64,000 nucleotides of DNA from an uncultured Bacteroidales bacterium (GTDB lineage: Bacteria; Bacteroidota; Bacteroidia; Bacteroidales; VadinHA17). A program made the position numbers and the translations under genes. Shown here piece after piece: positions 1 through 9,397 of this stretch. The DNA lies in contig CAWEYU010000007.1 of assembly GCA_963813405.1 (NCBI GenBank), positions 4,310 through 68,309 of the forward strand, given 5' to 3'. The notes under the pieces are model-generated. The model worked only from the letters and a program-made list of their open reading frames with translations, was not told where the DNA came from and did no database searches. Each line of letters opens with the position of its first letter. Within the stretch, counting starts at the first letter, position 1.

Positions 1-1415
1 TGTTTTCTGGGTACAGGGCCAATTTCTTTCCATTCCTTCTGAAGTTTGATAAGTGCATCAGATGTGGCTTTCCAGTCAGTACTTTCCTGAAGTGCTTCTG
101 CCTGATTGCATAGTTCTGTCTTTGCCTGGAGATTTGTCTGCTGAACCTCTTTATTATCAGCATAAAATGCTCTTTTCTTTTCAAAGAAAGCATCGCATGC
201 ATCACGGAAACGTTGATAAACCTTCGCATTTTGTTTTTTAGGAGCAAAACCGAGAGTTCTCCACATTTTCTGAAGATCAACAACAACATCAGCTTTGGCA
301 TCAAAATCCTTGAAGTTTTTTAGTTCAAGGAGGTTGATCTCTTCAACTTTTTCACATAAAGCGATTTTTGCATCAAGGTTTTTACGCTGATCATCCTTCT
401 GTTTTTCAAAATACTCGTGATGCCTTCTGTTAATTTTTGAGGTCGCCTCTTTGAATCTCTCCCATATCTCATTTTTCGACTCCTGTGGAACGGGTCCGAT
501 TTCCCTCCACTGGTTATGATATTCCTGAAGCAGCCTGAATGCATTAATAGGATTTGGTTCAAGAATAAGCTCCTCGGCTTTCTCACAAAGCCTGACTTTA
601 GATTCAAGGTTCTTTCGGAGGTCGAGATCTCTTAACTCTTTATTAATTTTTATATAATCGTAAAAAATCTCAACACTAAGGTGATAGTTTTCCCAGAGAT
701 CTTTTAACGAGCTCTGTGGAACAACCCCGGTTGTATGCCAGTCATTCTGAAGTGCTCTGAATTCGTGGAAAGTTTTATTGATAGATTCCTCCCTGTTAAC
801 AAGATCCCTGATCTTATCAATTATTTCATTTTTCCTTTTGAGATTCTGATACTTCTCCGCTTCCTGAATTTTGGAATAGTCTGTCTTTTTTTCCCTGTAT
901 TTATCCAGCAATTCTTTAACACGATGATCCAGGGGATCGACATAAATCTTAAATTCTTCAATTTTCCCGCCACTTTCAAGAAACTTACTTTTCCTTTCCT
1001 CAGCTTCAGCCCGCAGTTTTTTGTAAAACAGGCTTTTAATTCTGTCTACATCTTCTCTTATTTCAGCCGGTGGCCTGTTATCAATAATTAATGCAAGCGT
1101 CTCTGCCAGTTCAATCTTTGAATAGCCGGAATAATCAACTTGTGGTAATTCTATCTCCTCGGGTATATGATTTTCCGTTGGTGCAGAGGGAACTGGTTGT
1201 TGTTCTGCAATAAGTTCATTTTCTGCAACTTCATTAACCTTTTTTACTACTTTTTCCCTTTTTCGAACCTTTTTAGGAGCATCTTCTTTAAGAGGTAACT
1301 CCGCAGGTTGTTCAGCCGGAAGTTCAGTTTTTATTTCATCCGTATGTTCGTCAGCACTTTCTTTTGCTACGAATTGTTCGTCTTGAACAGAGGCTTTCGG
1401 ATTTTTCTTTGTCAT
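1..1415 (-). CDS. DUF349 domain-containing protein, partial (C-terminus lies beyond window start)
   Basis: Own minus-strand translation: ATG at 1415-1413, and the frame stays open to position 1. It is absent from the ORF track because there is no stop in the window. Repeated helical units with W(R/K)xxG(P/F)(V/A)P motifs (NQWREIGPVPQESKNEIWERF; QKMWRTLGFAPKK; QKEWKEIGPVPR) are typical of DUF349. Confidence 0.7.
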   Translation of the reverse strand, partial: MTKKNPKASVQDEQFVAKESADEHTDEIKTELPAEQPAELPLKEDAPKKVRKREKVVKKVNEVAENELIAEQQPVPSAPTENHIPEEIELPQVDYSGYSKIELAETLALIIDNRPPAEIREDVDRIKSLFYKKLRAEAEERKSKFLESGGKIEEFKIYVDPLDHRVKELLDKYREKKTDYSKIQEAEKYQNLKRKNEIIDKIRDLVNREESINKTFHEFRALQNDWHTTGVVPQSSLKDLWENYHLSVEIFYDYIKINKELRDLDLRKNLESKVRLCEKAEELILEPNPINAFRLLQEYHNQWREIGPVPQESKNEIWERFKEATSKINRRHHEYFEKQKDDQRKNLDAKIALCEKVEEINLLELKNFKDFDAKADVVVDLQKMWRTLGFAPKKQNAKVYQRFRDACDAFFEKKRAFYADNKEVQQTNLQAKTELCNQAEALQESTDWKATSDALIKLQKEWKEIGPVPRK

Positions 1416-1549
1416 ATTCAATCCAATTATAGTACAGCGTATTATCTGCAATCTGCAGCATATTTATCCGTATAAATTTCAGAGTACGAAAATATTGAAA
1501 ATATTTATTAATACTCACAGTTTAACAAGAAATAAATGAGATTATGATT

Positions 1550-1625
1550 AAGTCGGAAGTCAGAAGTCGTAAGTCGGCAGTCAAAAAACATCAAAAATTT
1601 CCGGCTTCGGACTTCTGACTTCTGC
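1550..1625. repeat. Heptamer-periodic (AAGTCNG)n inverted repeat forming a ~22-bp hairpin
   Basis: Left arm aagtcggaagtcagaagtcgtaagtcgg (1550-1577). Right arm ccggcttcggacttctgacttc (1601-1622). 1556-1568 pairs perfectly with 1610-1622 and pairing continues with 2-3 mismatches. Loop is 23 nt and A-rich. Confidence 0.8.
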
Positions 1626-1665
1626 TACAATTGTTACAGGTAAGATTTTAATTAATATCTTTACG

Positions 1666-1869
1666 GTGAAGTTCAATGAAAAACTATACCAGATGAAAGA
1701 TAATCTACAAATTATCCTGTTTGTTGTTCTCTTTGGTTTTGTGGGATTCCGGATTTATCAAAAATACTTTAAAAAAGATGATGGAAAATCCGGTGCTGTT
1801 AAAAAACCTGCCTCATCATTCGGATCATCCTCAAAGGATGATGATTATGAACCCTACTCAAAGAAATAG
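1666..1869 (+). CDS. Hypothetical small membrane protein (start uncertain, GTG at 1666 or ATG at 1693)
   Basis: ORF track. One hydrophobic helix (IILFVVLFGFVGFRIY) followed by a Lys/Ser/Asp-rich tail. No recognisable family. Confidence 0.35.
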   Translation: MKFNEKLYQMKDNLQIILFVVLFGFVGFRIYQKYFKKDDGKSGAVKKPASSFGSSSKDDDYEPYSKK

Positions 1870-1876
1870 AATTCTT

Positions 1877-3169
1877 TTATTTTTTGTTTTTTGTAATAAG
1901 GTACCTTAAGGGGTCTATTATTTTAAACAGCAGCCTCCTGTTCTCAGTGATTATTTCTGCTGTGCCCTGCATATTCTGAGTAAAATCGAGTGGTCTTTTA
2001 TACAGAGTAGTCAATCCCTCAGGCAATTCAATTTCGATTACATATGAATCCACTGAAGGGACAAGCGATATTGTTTTTATTTTGCCACGTATCATCCCAT
2101 ACTCAAGGTACGGGTAACCGCTTAGTTTGATATTAACATCCTGATTCAGCTTTACTTTTCCGGAGCGTTGCATTTTCAGATAGACCCTTCCAATAAAACT
2201 ACCAGGATTAAATGGTACTATTGTAAGAACTGGTTCATCCAGCTTGACCGATTGATTCTCTCTCCAATATTTTGTGAATGTAACTTTTCCCGCGATCGGG
2301 GAAATGAGTAAATAGGTAATTTCCCACATTTTGATCTGGGCTTTTAAATTTCGGAATGATTCCTCAAGAGCTGAGGAGAGTCTCTCAATACCTTCGGAGC
2401 GTTGTAGTAAATATTCTTTTAGTTGCTGCTGACGTCCTGTTTGTTCAATACTTTTCAGGGAAAGCTGAAGTCGGATATTCTGAAGATCCAGCTGCTGTCT
2501 GATAAGGGCCTGCCTTGACTTGTCATACTCGCTCGAGGGAATAGTTTTGTCCGCTTTATAGAGGTCGGAATCACGCCTGAACCGTCTCTTATCGATCTCA
2601 AGGTTTTCGGAATACAGCTTTTCACTTTCACGCAGGCGGTTTATATATGCGTTAGTTCCAATGATTTCATTATTAACAGATTGAATCCTATTGCTGTAAA
2701 TATCATTTGTCAGAAAATTATTGTATTCGGAAAGAGCTTTTCTGAATGAACTGTAATACACCTGGAGTTCACCAAGTTCGGCGAGTTCAGGGACAAAATT
2801 ACCATGCAGTGACAACAGATGTGAAGTTGTATCTGCAAAGAGTTTAAGAGTTTCTATCTCTTTATAGGAAGCAGCCGTTTCCATAACAGCCAGCACCTGA
2901 TCCTTCTCAACCTTACTTTCATTTGAGATTTTGAATTGCTTTATTGATCCATTTATTCTGGAAACGAGTGTCACAGGCGGGTTTTCTGTAGTTATTTCCA
3001 CTGTGGACGGAATAAGATCGGGATACTTTATAAACCAGGCAAAAAGTATAAATAATACAAAAACAATTAAAATAGTGAATGAGCCCCAGCGAACAATTCT
3101 TCCTGGCGGATTTCCCATTATCTCCTCGACAGGATCTGAATATTTTATTTCAGGTCTTCTGATATCCAT
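1877..3169 (-). CDS. HlyD-family secretion adaptor (membrane fusion protein) of a peptide exporter
   Basis: N-terminal TM (FTILIVFVLFILFAWFI), a long coiled-coil middle and a beta-barrel-like C-terminus. Lies 8 bp downstream of the C39 ABC transporter on the same strand. Confidence 0.85.
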   Translation of the reverse strand: MDIRRPEIKYSDPVEEIMGNPPGRIVRWGSFTILIVFVLFILFAWFIKYPDLIPSTVEITTENPPVTLVSRINGSIKQFKISNESKVEKDQVLAVMETAASYKEIETLKLFADTTSHLLSLHGNFVPELAELGELQVYYSSFRKALSEYNNFLTNDIYSNRIQSVNNEIIGTNAYINRLRESEKLYSENLEIDKRRFRRDSDLYKADKTIPSSEYDKSRQALIRQQLDLQNIRLQLSLKSIEQTGRQQQLKEYLLQRSEGIERLSSALEESFRNLKAQIKMWEITYLLISPIAGKVTFTKYWRENQSVKLDEPVLTIVPFNPGSFIGRVYLKMQRSGKVKLNQDVNIKLSGYPYLEYGMIRGKIKTISLVPSVDSYVIEIELPEGLTTLYKRPLDFTQNMQGTAEIITENRRLLFKIIDPLRYLITKNKK

Positions 3170-3177
3170 TCTTTTAT

Positions 3178-5364
3178 TCAGTTTCCAAGTTCAAGTTGGT
3201 TTCTAACAAGATTATAGTAGACTCCTTTTTTTGCAATAAGTGCATCGTGTGTACCAGTTTCAGCTATCCTTCCGGATTCAAGAACGACAATTTTATCAGC
3301 ATCTCTCACAGTGCTGAGCCTATGGGCAACAATTATTGCAGTCTTGCCGGTATAAAAATCTATCAGGTTTTCTGCTATTACCTTTTCATTATTAGCATCC
3401 AGAGAATTTGTTGCTTCATCGAAAATAATAATATCAGGATTTTTGTAAACAACTCTGGCTATCAGAAGTCTTTGTTTCTGTCCTTCGCTCAGACCATGGC
3501 CATTTACACCTATCTTGGTATTGTAACCCAAAGGTAGTGATTCAATAAATCCTCTTACATTTGCAATATCTACAGCCGACAAGAGTCGCTCTTCATCTAT
3601 AGATTCTGAACCAGTTGCAATATTGGCAGCTATTGTATCTTCAAACAGATAGCCATCCTGCATCACTGCACCTACCTTCTCCCTCCATAGCCTCAGGCTA
3701 AGATTTTGCAGATGGGTATCTCCTATTAATATATGCCCGGCTACGGGCTGGTAAAATCCGAGTATCATTTTCAAAAGTGTCGTTTTGCCGCTTCCGCTCA
3801 TTCCAACAATTGCTGTTACTTTGTTTCCTTCTATTACCAGGTCGATATCTTTTAATACAAATGGTGAACGGGGTCCTTCATACTGATAAGAGAGATTATT
3901 AATATAAATGTCCCTTTTTTCAGGCATCTTTTTTACTTTCATTGCTGAATCTGATTCTTCATCCTCCATCAAATGAATTTCTGAAAGCCGGTTCAGGCTG
4001 AATCTTGCATCCTGAGACATCCGGAAGAATGCAATAACCTGACTTACAGGAACATTTAATTGTCCGATAATAAACTGAACAGCCAGCATCATACCAAGAG
4101 TCATCTCGTTGTCGAGGACAGCTTTTGCAGAAGCAATAGTAACCAGAACATTGGTGACCTCATTTATGAATGTAGCTCCTGCGGATTGATACTGCATAAT
4201 AGTAAGTCCCTTGACTCTGAGTCTGAACAGTGATGCCTGAAGATTCTCCCACTCCCATCGTTTATTCAGTTCACTTTGAGTAAGCTTTATCTCCTGCATT
4301 CCGTTCACCATCTGAATGAGTTTGCTGTTTGTTATGGACATTTGTTTGAACCTCTGATGGTCGAGTTGCCCTCTCGACTTCATAAAGAGCGATACCCAGA
4401 CTATATAAAGTATTGATCCGATAATGAAAACGGCAAGGATCTTCAGGCTATAGATTGCCAGAACAATCCCAAAAACAACGAGGTTAAAGAATGAAAACAG
4501 GATGCTCAGAGAAGCTGAGGTCAGAAATTCTTCGATTCTGTTATTGTCATCGATACGCTGAAGAATATCTCCTGTAAGTTTAGTGTCAAAGAATGCAATG
4601 GGAAGTGCCATAAGTTTTTGAAGAAATCCTGACACGATAGCCACATTAACTCTGGTTCCAATATGCAACAGAAGCCATCCTCTAATAAATTCGACTGCCA
4701 ATCTTCCCAAAACCAGAGCCAGCTGAGCGAACAGGATCAGATAGATAAAACCGATATCACTGTTATTGAGCCCTATGTCTATTATAGACTGTGTAAGAAA
4801 GGGTATTATCAGTTGAATCACGCTGCCAAGAAGAAGACCAAGAAGGAGTTGAAGAAGGTACTTCTTATATAAGCGGAAGTATTTCCAAAGGAATCTGAAT
4901 CCTGAATCCCTGTTGACTTCATCTTTATTTTCATAAAAAGCTGGAGTAGGTTCCATAATCAGTACGAGTCCTACCGGCTTACCATCTACAACTGTTCCTG
5001 CCCAATTTTTCATAAACTCTTCCTTGCTGTAACTTGTAAGGCCAAAAGCAGGATCGGCTGCAAATACTTTGTCTTTGGTAATCTTATGTACAACAACAAA
5101 ATGCCTTTGTCGCCAGTGAACAATACAAGGAAGAGGTACATTTTCCTCAAGCTTTTCAAATGGTATTTTGACGCCAATGGTCCGAAATCCAAGTGAATCA
5201 GCAGCTTCACTTAACCCGAGAAACGAGACACCTTCTTTTGTAATATAACATCTTTTGCGCAAGGTCTCAAGGGAAAAGTTTCTTTTGTAAAATCCGGCAA
5301 CCATCTTCAGACATGACGGTCCGCAATCCATTGCATCAGGTTGTTTTACAAACGGGAAGGACAT
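3178..5364 (-). CDS. Peptidase-C39-domain ABC transporter (PCAT; double-glycine leader peptide exporter)
   Basis: N-terminal C39 motif QPDAMDCGPSCLKMVAGFY with downstream HFVVVH..DP. Six-TM ABC core. Walker A GMSGSGKTT, signature LSEGQKQRL, Walker B IIIFDEATNSLD. The ORF track starts at TTG 5379; ATG at 5364 (MSFPFVKQ) is more likely. Confidence 0.9.
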   Translation of the reverse strand: MSFPFVKQPDAMDCGPSCLKMVAGFYKRNFSLETLRKRCYITKEGVSFLGLSEAADSLGFRTIGVKIPFEKLEENVPLPCIVHWRQRHFVVVHKITKDKVFAADPAFGLTSYSKEEFMKNWAGTVVDGKPVGLVLIMEPTPAFYENKDEVNRDSGFRFLWKYFRLYKKYLLQLLLGLLLGSVIQLIIPFLTQSIIDIGLNNSDIGFIYLILFAQLALVLGRLAVEFIRGWLLLHIGTRVNVAIVSGFLQKLMALPIAFFDTKLTGDILQRIDDNNRIEEFLTSASLSILFSFFNLVVFGIVLAIYSLKILAVFIIGSILYIVWVSLFMKSRGQLDHQRFKQMSITNSKLIQMVNGMQEIKLTQSELNKRWEWENLQASLFRLRVKGLTIMQYQSAGATFINEVTNVLVTIASAKAVLDNEMTLGMMLAVQFIIGQLNVPVSQVIAFFRMSQDARFSLNRLSEIHLMEDEESDSAMKVKKMPEKRDIYINNLSYQYEGPRSPFVLKDIDLVIEGNKVTAIVGMSGSGKTTLLKMILGFYQPVAGHILIGDTHLQNLSLRLWREKVGAVMQDGYLFEDTIAANIATGSESIDEERLLSAVDIANVRGFIESLPLGYNTKIGVNGHGLSEGQKQRLLIARVVYKNPDIIIFDEATNSLDANNEKVIAENLIDFYTGKTAIIVAHRLSTVRDADKIVVLESGRIAETGTHDALIAKKGVYYNLVRNQLELGN

Positions 5365-5488
5365 TTTAAGTACTTGCAAATAGAATTAAACAGTAAGTAA
5401 AGATATTTATATTTTGATAATAGGGAAACCACTCTTCATTAAAATCAGCGCTATAAAAGAAAATGAGCACTTTTACTCATGGAAATAC

Positions 5489-5496
5489 TATATTTG
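5489..5496 (+). promoter_or_regulatory. Candidate Bacteroidota -7 promoter box (TATATTTG) for the sigma factor gene
   Basis: Exact match to the TAnnTTTG consensus, 29 nt upstream of the TTG at 5525. It lies inside the ORF-track N-terminal extension, which argues for the shorter CDS. Confidence 0.35.
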
Positions 5497-5524
5497 TCTG
5501 TACATACCGGTTAAGAATCAGGGG

Positions 5525-6091
5525 TTGTTCAAAAAACTTACAGATAAGAGCATTGTTGAGGGAATTCGTCTTCAGGACGATAAAGTTCTCAACTATTTGT
5601 ATGATCATTATTTTCAAACGGTCAAACACCATGTATTACAGAATAGCGGATCGGATGATGACGTATCGGATCTGTTCCAGGATACAATTATTACTTTATA
5701 TCAGCAGATTACTGAAAATAACTTTAATCTTACGTCTGACCTCAAAGGATATTTTTTCGGGATAGCGCGAAATATCTGGAGTTCGAGGTTAAGGCAAAAA
5801 ATGAAGCTTTCAGGTTTAAATGTGGATATTGCGGAAGAGGACGATCCAACCGGGTCGCCTGATGCAGACCTTGAAAAAATTCTCAGCAGGGCATTTCAAA
5901 AGCTTAAACCTGACTCCCAGACTGTATTAACACTCTTTTATGAGGGTCTTTCATATGAAGAAATTGCTGTCAGGATGAATTTAAAAAACGAAACATATGC
6001 AAGGCGGAAAAAATATCTGAGCAAAGAAGCTTTAATTGAATTGATCAAGAAAGATCCTGATTATGAGGAATATCGGCGTTTCCTGAAATAG
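5525..6091 (+). CDS. RNA polymerase sigma-70 family factor (ECF-like, ~188 aa)
   Basis: Region 2-like DDVSDLFQDTIITLYQQI and FFGIARNIW. Region 4 HTH LSYEEIAVRMNLKNETYARRKKYLSKEAL. The track ORF begins at TTG 5414; I prefer TTG 5525 (MFKKLTDKSIVEGIRLQDDK) on length and the promoter box. Confidence 0.8.
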   Translation: MFKKLTDKSIVEGIRLQDDKVLNYLYDHYFQTVKHHVLQNSGSDDDVSDLFQDTIITLYQQITENNFNLTSDLKGYFFGIARNIWSSRLRQKMKLSGLNVDIAEEDDPTGSPDADLEKILSRAFQKLKPDSQTVLTLFYEGLSYEEIAVRMNLKNETYARRKKYLSKEALIELIKKDPDYEEYRRFLK

Positions 6092-9000
6092 ATAAAACCG
6101 CCAGGTATCAAAATTAAGAGGATCACGATGACTAAAAACTTTGTCATCATGCTATAATAAACCGGAGAATCATCACCATATATGACAAGAGTGGACCAGA
6201 AGTAAGGAAAGGATCTAACTGTTCCTGAATTCCTGAGATAGTCGATCCGGGCTTTTCGTAAAGCTTCACTTTTTGAATATCCGTTTTTCAGGTACCGATA
6301 GAAAGACTTTACAATATCGGTTCCTGATTTATCGTCGACTTCCCATAAAGACATAACTACTGATTTGCTTCCGGAGTAGATAAATCCCCTTGCAAGACTA
6401 AGTATCCCTTCTCCCCTTCTCAGATTTCCGACACCAGTATTGCAGGAACTGAGAACAACCATTTTTGCTTTAAGGGAGATGCCATATATTTCAAAGGCGC
6501 TCATACTATTGAGTGAACTGTTACTGTTTAAACCTGAAAAAAATAACCTTGACATGATTGGATTCTGGATATCGATGTATGTATGCATGGCGAGATGAAT
6601 AATATCAAAACTGCCAGCCATTTTTTTATAGTTCGAGTCAGTAGCAGACGAGTCTGTAAATAGGGTTCCACGAGTTATTTCTGAAACATATTCTGCTTCT
6701 TCCCTTGCTGCAGGTAAAGCTTTAAGGATTCTGTTGCTGGCCTGCCTTTCAATTGGAATAGAGTCAAGATCGATCGGTGAATTGTATGAAGGTGAAAACA
6801 CAATTGCACTATTTCTCATAGATTGATTTACTTTTCTATTTTCAGCAAGCAAAGTGGCAGAATATGCATAAGATATGTTGTAATCATTAGTCAGGTAAGG
6901 CAAGGTACTGTAGATAAGGTCGTTATTATTTGTCTCGCCTGTAAGAAAAGTTTCAAATGGCAGATATGAAAGTATATAATCCGGAGAAATGATCAGGTTA
7001 TTCGAAATAAGATACTTTTTTACCGGTTCGATCAGACGGGAATAAAGCTTATAGCCGTAAACCTGATACATTTTGAATTCGCTAAAAGATTTTTCATCGA
7101 GGTCAGGAGATGTCAGGATTTTCCTGAAACCTGCTACTATTTCATTGAATGATGTATCAATTCTCTGTATTATCACCTGGTTGTATTTCCTGTTTGAAAT
7201 AAAAGTGTATAAAAGGGAATCTGATACTATATAACTCAGATAATTTTTATTTCTTCCAATAATCCCAGGTAAGTCATTCATGCCTACCACATTGGAATTA
7301 AATTTTATTGAGTAATAGTCCGGATAGTTCTTTTCAAAAACTCTGATAAGCGAATCTCTGCGCTCAACTGAAGTCCTGATCTGATCTTTCAGAAGACGTA
7401 TTTTTAAGCTATCCGGACTATCCTGGTTTTCTTCCTCAGCAAGTGTGGAACTGAAAGATCCGATGTTCCATTGAAGATCTTTCTCCATGTCTGCAAGTGA
7501 TGCAGGAATGAAATTCTGCATTGCCCTCATTTCTCGTGTTGATGCAAGAAGATTTGCTACCTTACTTTTTTCAGAGTATTTAAATGCTTTCTCAAGATAT
7601 TGTTTATCATTGGTTTTACTGTAGCATTCATTTAAACACATAATTGCATCCATGTATGAATTCCTGTATTTATCTCCCAGCAGAAGTCTGCTTCCCTCCT
7701 CCCCGATGCTTAATCTTATCTTCTCAAGTATTTCAATTATCAATTCAGAGGTTTGTGCAGCTGCTTGTAGAACTTTAATATCACTGGTCTTCCTGTATTC
7801 ACTCCACAAAATCCTGTACTTTGTGACTAGTATTTTTAAGGATCTTCCGTCAGCTTTTAAAGAATCAGGATTCTTGTACGGATAGTCGCTTTCTTTAAGT
7901 ACTTTCCGGGGAAAGAGAAGTGTCTGAATTGAGTCAAGCGCAATACGGTTTTGCCCATTCTGATAAAGTGAAAGTGTGTATCCGAGGATAATATTATCCC
8001 TGTTTTCCTTATCCCATGGATGAGTGTTCAGGTAACTGAAACAATCAAGGTAGATCTTTTTTGCCAGGCTTTCATTAATTCTATATTCCCGCAAATAATC
8101 AGCATAACAGCTTAATGTTTTATAATAATAATGTGGTTCTTTTACCTGAGAAGGTCGTACCTTTTTCAGATAATCTGAAAGAAGCAATTCCCCTTTGTGT
8201 TCAAGAGAATCATTTCCAAGAATAATTGCATAGTTATTTATAATGGTAAAACCCTCTTTTGTGAATTTTCTGCTTAACAGTTTCACTCCTTTTTCATAAT
8301 AAGAATAGGATTTATCCTTTAAACCGAGGAAATGATAAACAGTCCCGAGGTTGTTAAGCACAACAACATAATCGTTATCTTTATTTATTATATTATCATA
8401 ACAAGATTCAGCTTTTTCAAGATAGCTTCTGGCCTGTTCATAATCTGCAAGCCATGTGTAGGCAACTCCCTTAGTTAAATATAAAGCTGCTTTATCTTTT
8501 GCATCAACGGAATCGGGATATTGTTGTGTAATCCTGAGTGCCTGGTCTGCCCACTCCAGTGCTTTTTCATAGTTCCTTATATTTATGTTAATTACTGAAA
8601 GTAATCTGTATCCGGAAATCAGACTGACACTATTATTGCCATAAAAACGTTTGGTATTTTCCAGTGAGGCCCCACCATATCGGAAAGATTGTTCATAGTC
8701 TCCTATTTCAGAGTATCCAAGGCTCAGATTATATAAAGCCCGTGAATAAATGGAATTTGAAACATCCCCCGATAAATTGAATATACTAACTGCTTTTTTC
8801 AGATTTTGAAAAGCCAGATTATAATCTTTGCATTTCAGGTAATATATCCCAATTAAATAATATCCATCGGCCATATCGATAGTCTCTTCTTTGATCCTGT
8901 TTTTAAGATAAGACTCGACACTATCAACAATTTCATGGGCCTCTTTCAACCGATCATCGGATAAAAGTTTACGAAGCCTTGTTCTTGCACTTTTAATTTC

Positions 9001-9186
9001 CTGGCTTTCCGGATAGGCGTTTCCCTGAAAGACAATTTTCGTTTTGGGATACACTTTCCCCATTGAGGGCAATTCAGAATATGCTTTATGGTTAAAAGAG
9101 ATTAATGTACTGAATATCAGATATAATAATAACTTATTTATTCTGAATCGAACTTTCGATAGTCTATTAGCACCTTTTAGCTTCAT
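6061..9186 (-). CDS. TPR-repeat CHAT-domain protein (caspase-like protease fold) with N-terminal signal/anchor and C-terminal TM helix
   Basis: N-terminal hydrophobic segment LLLYLIFSTLISF. Multiple TPR-like repeats span about 300 aa. C-terminal CHAT with His (IIHLAMHTY) and Cys (VVLSSCNTG) dyad. Terminal TM FLVIVILLILIPGGFIYF followed by RKRRY. ATG at 9186 preferred over TTG at 9198. Confidence 0.85.
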   Translation of the reverse strand: MKLKGANRLSKVRFRINKLLLYLIFSTLISFNHKAYSELPSMGKVYPKTKIVFQGNAYPESQEIKSARTRLRKLLSDDRLKEAHEIVDSVESYLKNRIKEETIDMADGYYLIGIYYLKCKDYNLAFQNLKKAVSIFNLSGDVSNSIYSRALYNLSLGYSEIGDYEQSFRYGGASLENTKRFYGNNSVSLISGYRLLSVININIRNYEKALEWADQALRITQQYPDSVDAKDKAALYLTKGVAYTWLADYEQARSYLEKAESCYDNIINKDNDYVVVLNNLGTVYHFLGLKDKSYSYYEKGVKLLSRKFTKEGFTIINNYAIILGNDSLEHKGELLLSDYLKKVRPSQVKEPHYYYKTLSCYADYLREYRINESLAKKIYLDCFSYLNTHPWDKENRDNIILGYTLSLYQNGQNRIALDSIQTLLFPRKVLKESDYPYKNPDSLKADGRSLKILVTKYRILWSEYRKTSDIKVLQAAAQTSELIIEILEKIRLSIGEEGSRLLLGDKYRNSYMDAIMCLNECYSKTNDKQYLEKAFKYSEKSKVANLLASTREMRAMQNFIPASLADMEKDLQWNIGSFSSTLAEEENQDSPDSLKIRLLKDQIRTSVERRDSLIRVFEKNYPDYYSIKFNSNVVGMNDLPGIIGRNKNYLSYIVSDSLLYTFISNRKYNQVIIQRIDTSFNEIVAGFRKILTSPDLDEKSFSEFKMYQVYGYKLYSRLIEPVKKYLISNNLIISPDYILSYLPFETFLTGETNNNDLIYSTLPYLTNDYNISYAYSATLLAENRKVNQSMRNSAIVFSPSYNSPIDLDSIPIERQASNRILKALPAAREEAEYVSEITRGTLFTDSSATDSNYKKMAGSFDIIHLAMHTYIDIQNPIMSRLFFSGLNSNSSLNSMSAFEIYGISLKAKMVVLSSCNTGVGNLRRGEGILSLARGFIYSGSKSVVMSLWEVDDKSGTDIVKSFYRYLKNGYSKSEALRKARIDYLRNSGTVRSFPYFWSTLVIYGDDSPVYYSMMTKFLVIVILLILIPGGFIYFRKRRYSS

Positions 9187-9203
9187 TTTCCTATCCAAAA
9201 TGG

Positions 9204-9211
9204 CAAAAGTA
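9204..9211 (-). promoter_or_regulatory. Candidate -7 box (TACTTTTG on minus strand) for the CHAT gene
   Basis: Plus-strand caaaagta is the reverse complement of TAnnTTTG. It lies 18 nt upstream of the ATG at 9186. Confidence 0.3.
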
Positions 9212-9397
9212 GTTAATTATACTTGAAATCTACAACCTTACAACTCAATCTATTTAATTATATCTATTTGTATTTCTGCAAGTTAAAAAATATTTTTATT
9301 TTTTTTCATTTTTTTGTGTCACAAATAAGGTGATTTTGACATGTGTATATGAAACAAAGAATTACCCTGAATTATTAACAATTTAAAAACTAAGATT

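Noticed and set aside
320-1091. Track ORFs 320-607 (-) and 735-1091 (+).
   Set aside because: Both lie inside, and out of frame with or antisense to, the long open minus-strand DUF349 frame (1-1415). That frame has clear repeat motifs, whereas the two ORFs have odd, low-complexity composition.
3196-3537. Many 60-150-aa ORFs antisense to or overlapping long genes. Examples: 3196-3537, 12595-12906, 19204-19530, 25057-25821, 27069-27527, 33384-33869, 58251-58598, 59722-60120, 63364-63687.
   Set aside because: Each is fully embedded in a longer ORF with strong family motifs on the other strand or frame, and their translations are low-complexity. These are typical shadow ORFs of an AT-rich genome.
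5414-5524. N-terminal 37-aa extension of the sigma factor ORF (TTG at 5414).
   Set aside because: The extension (MIIGKPLFIKISAIKENEHFYSWKYY...) has no counterpart in sigma-70 family N-termini and contains a TAnnTTTG promoter box. The TTG at 5525 gives a canonical ~188-aa protein.
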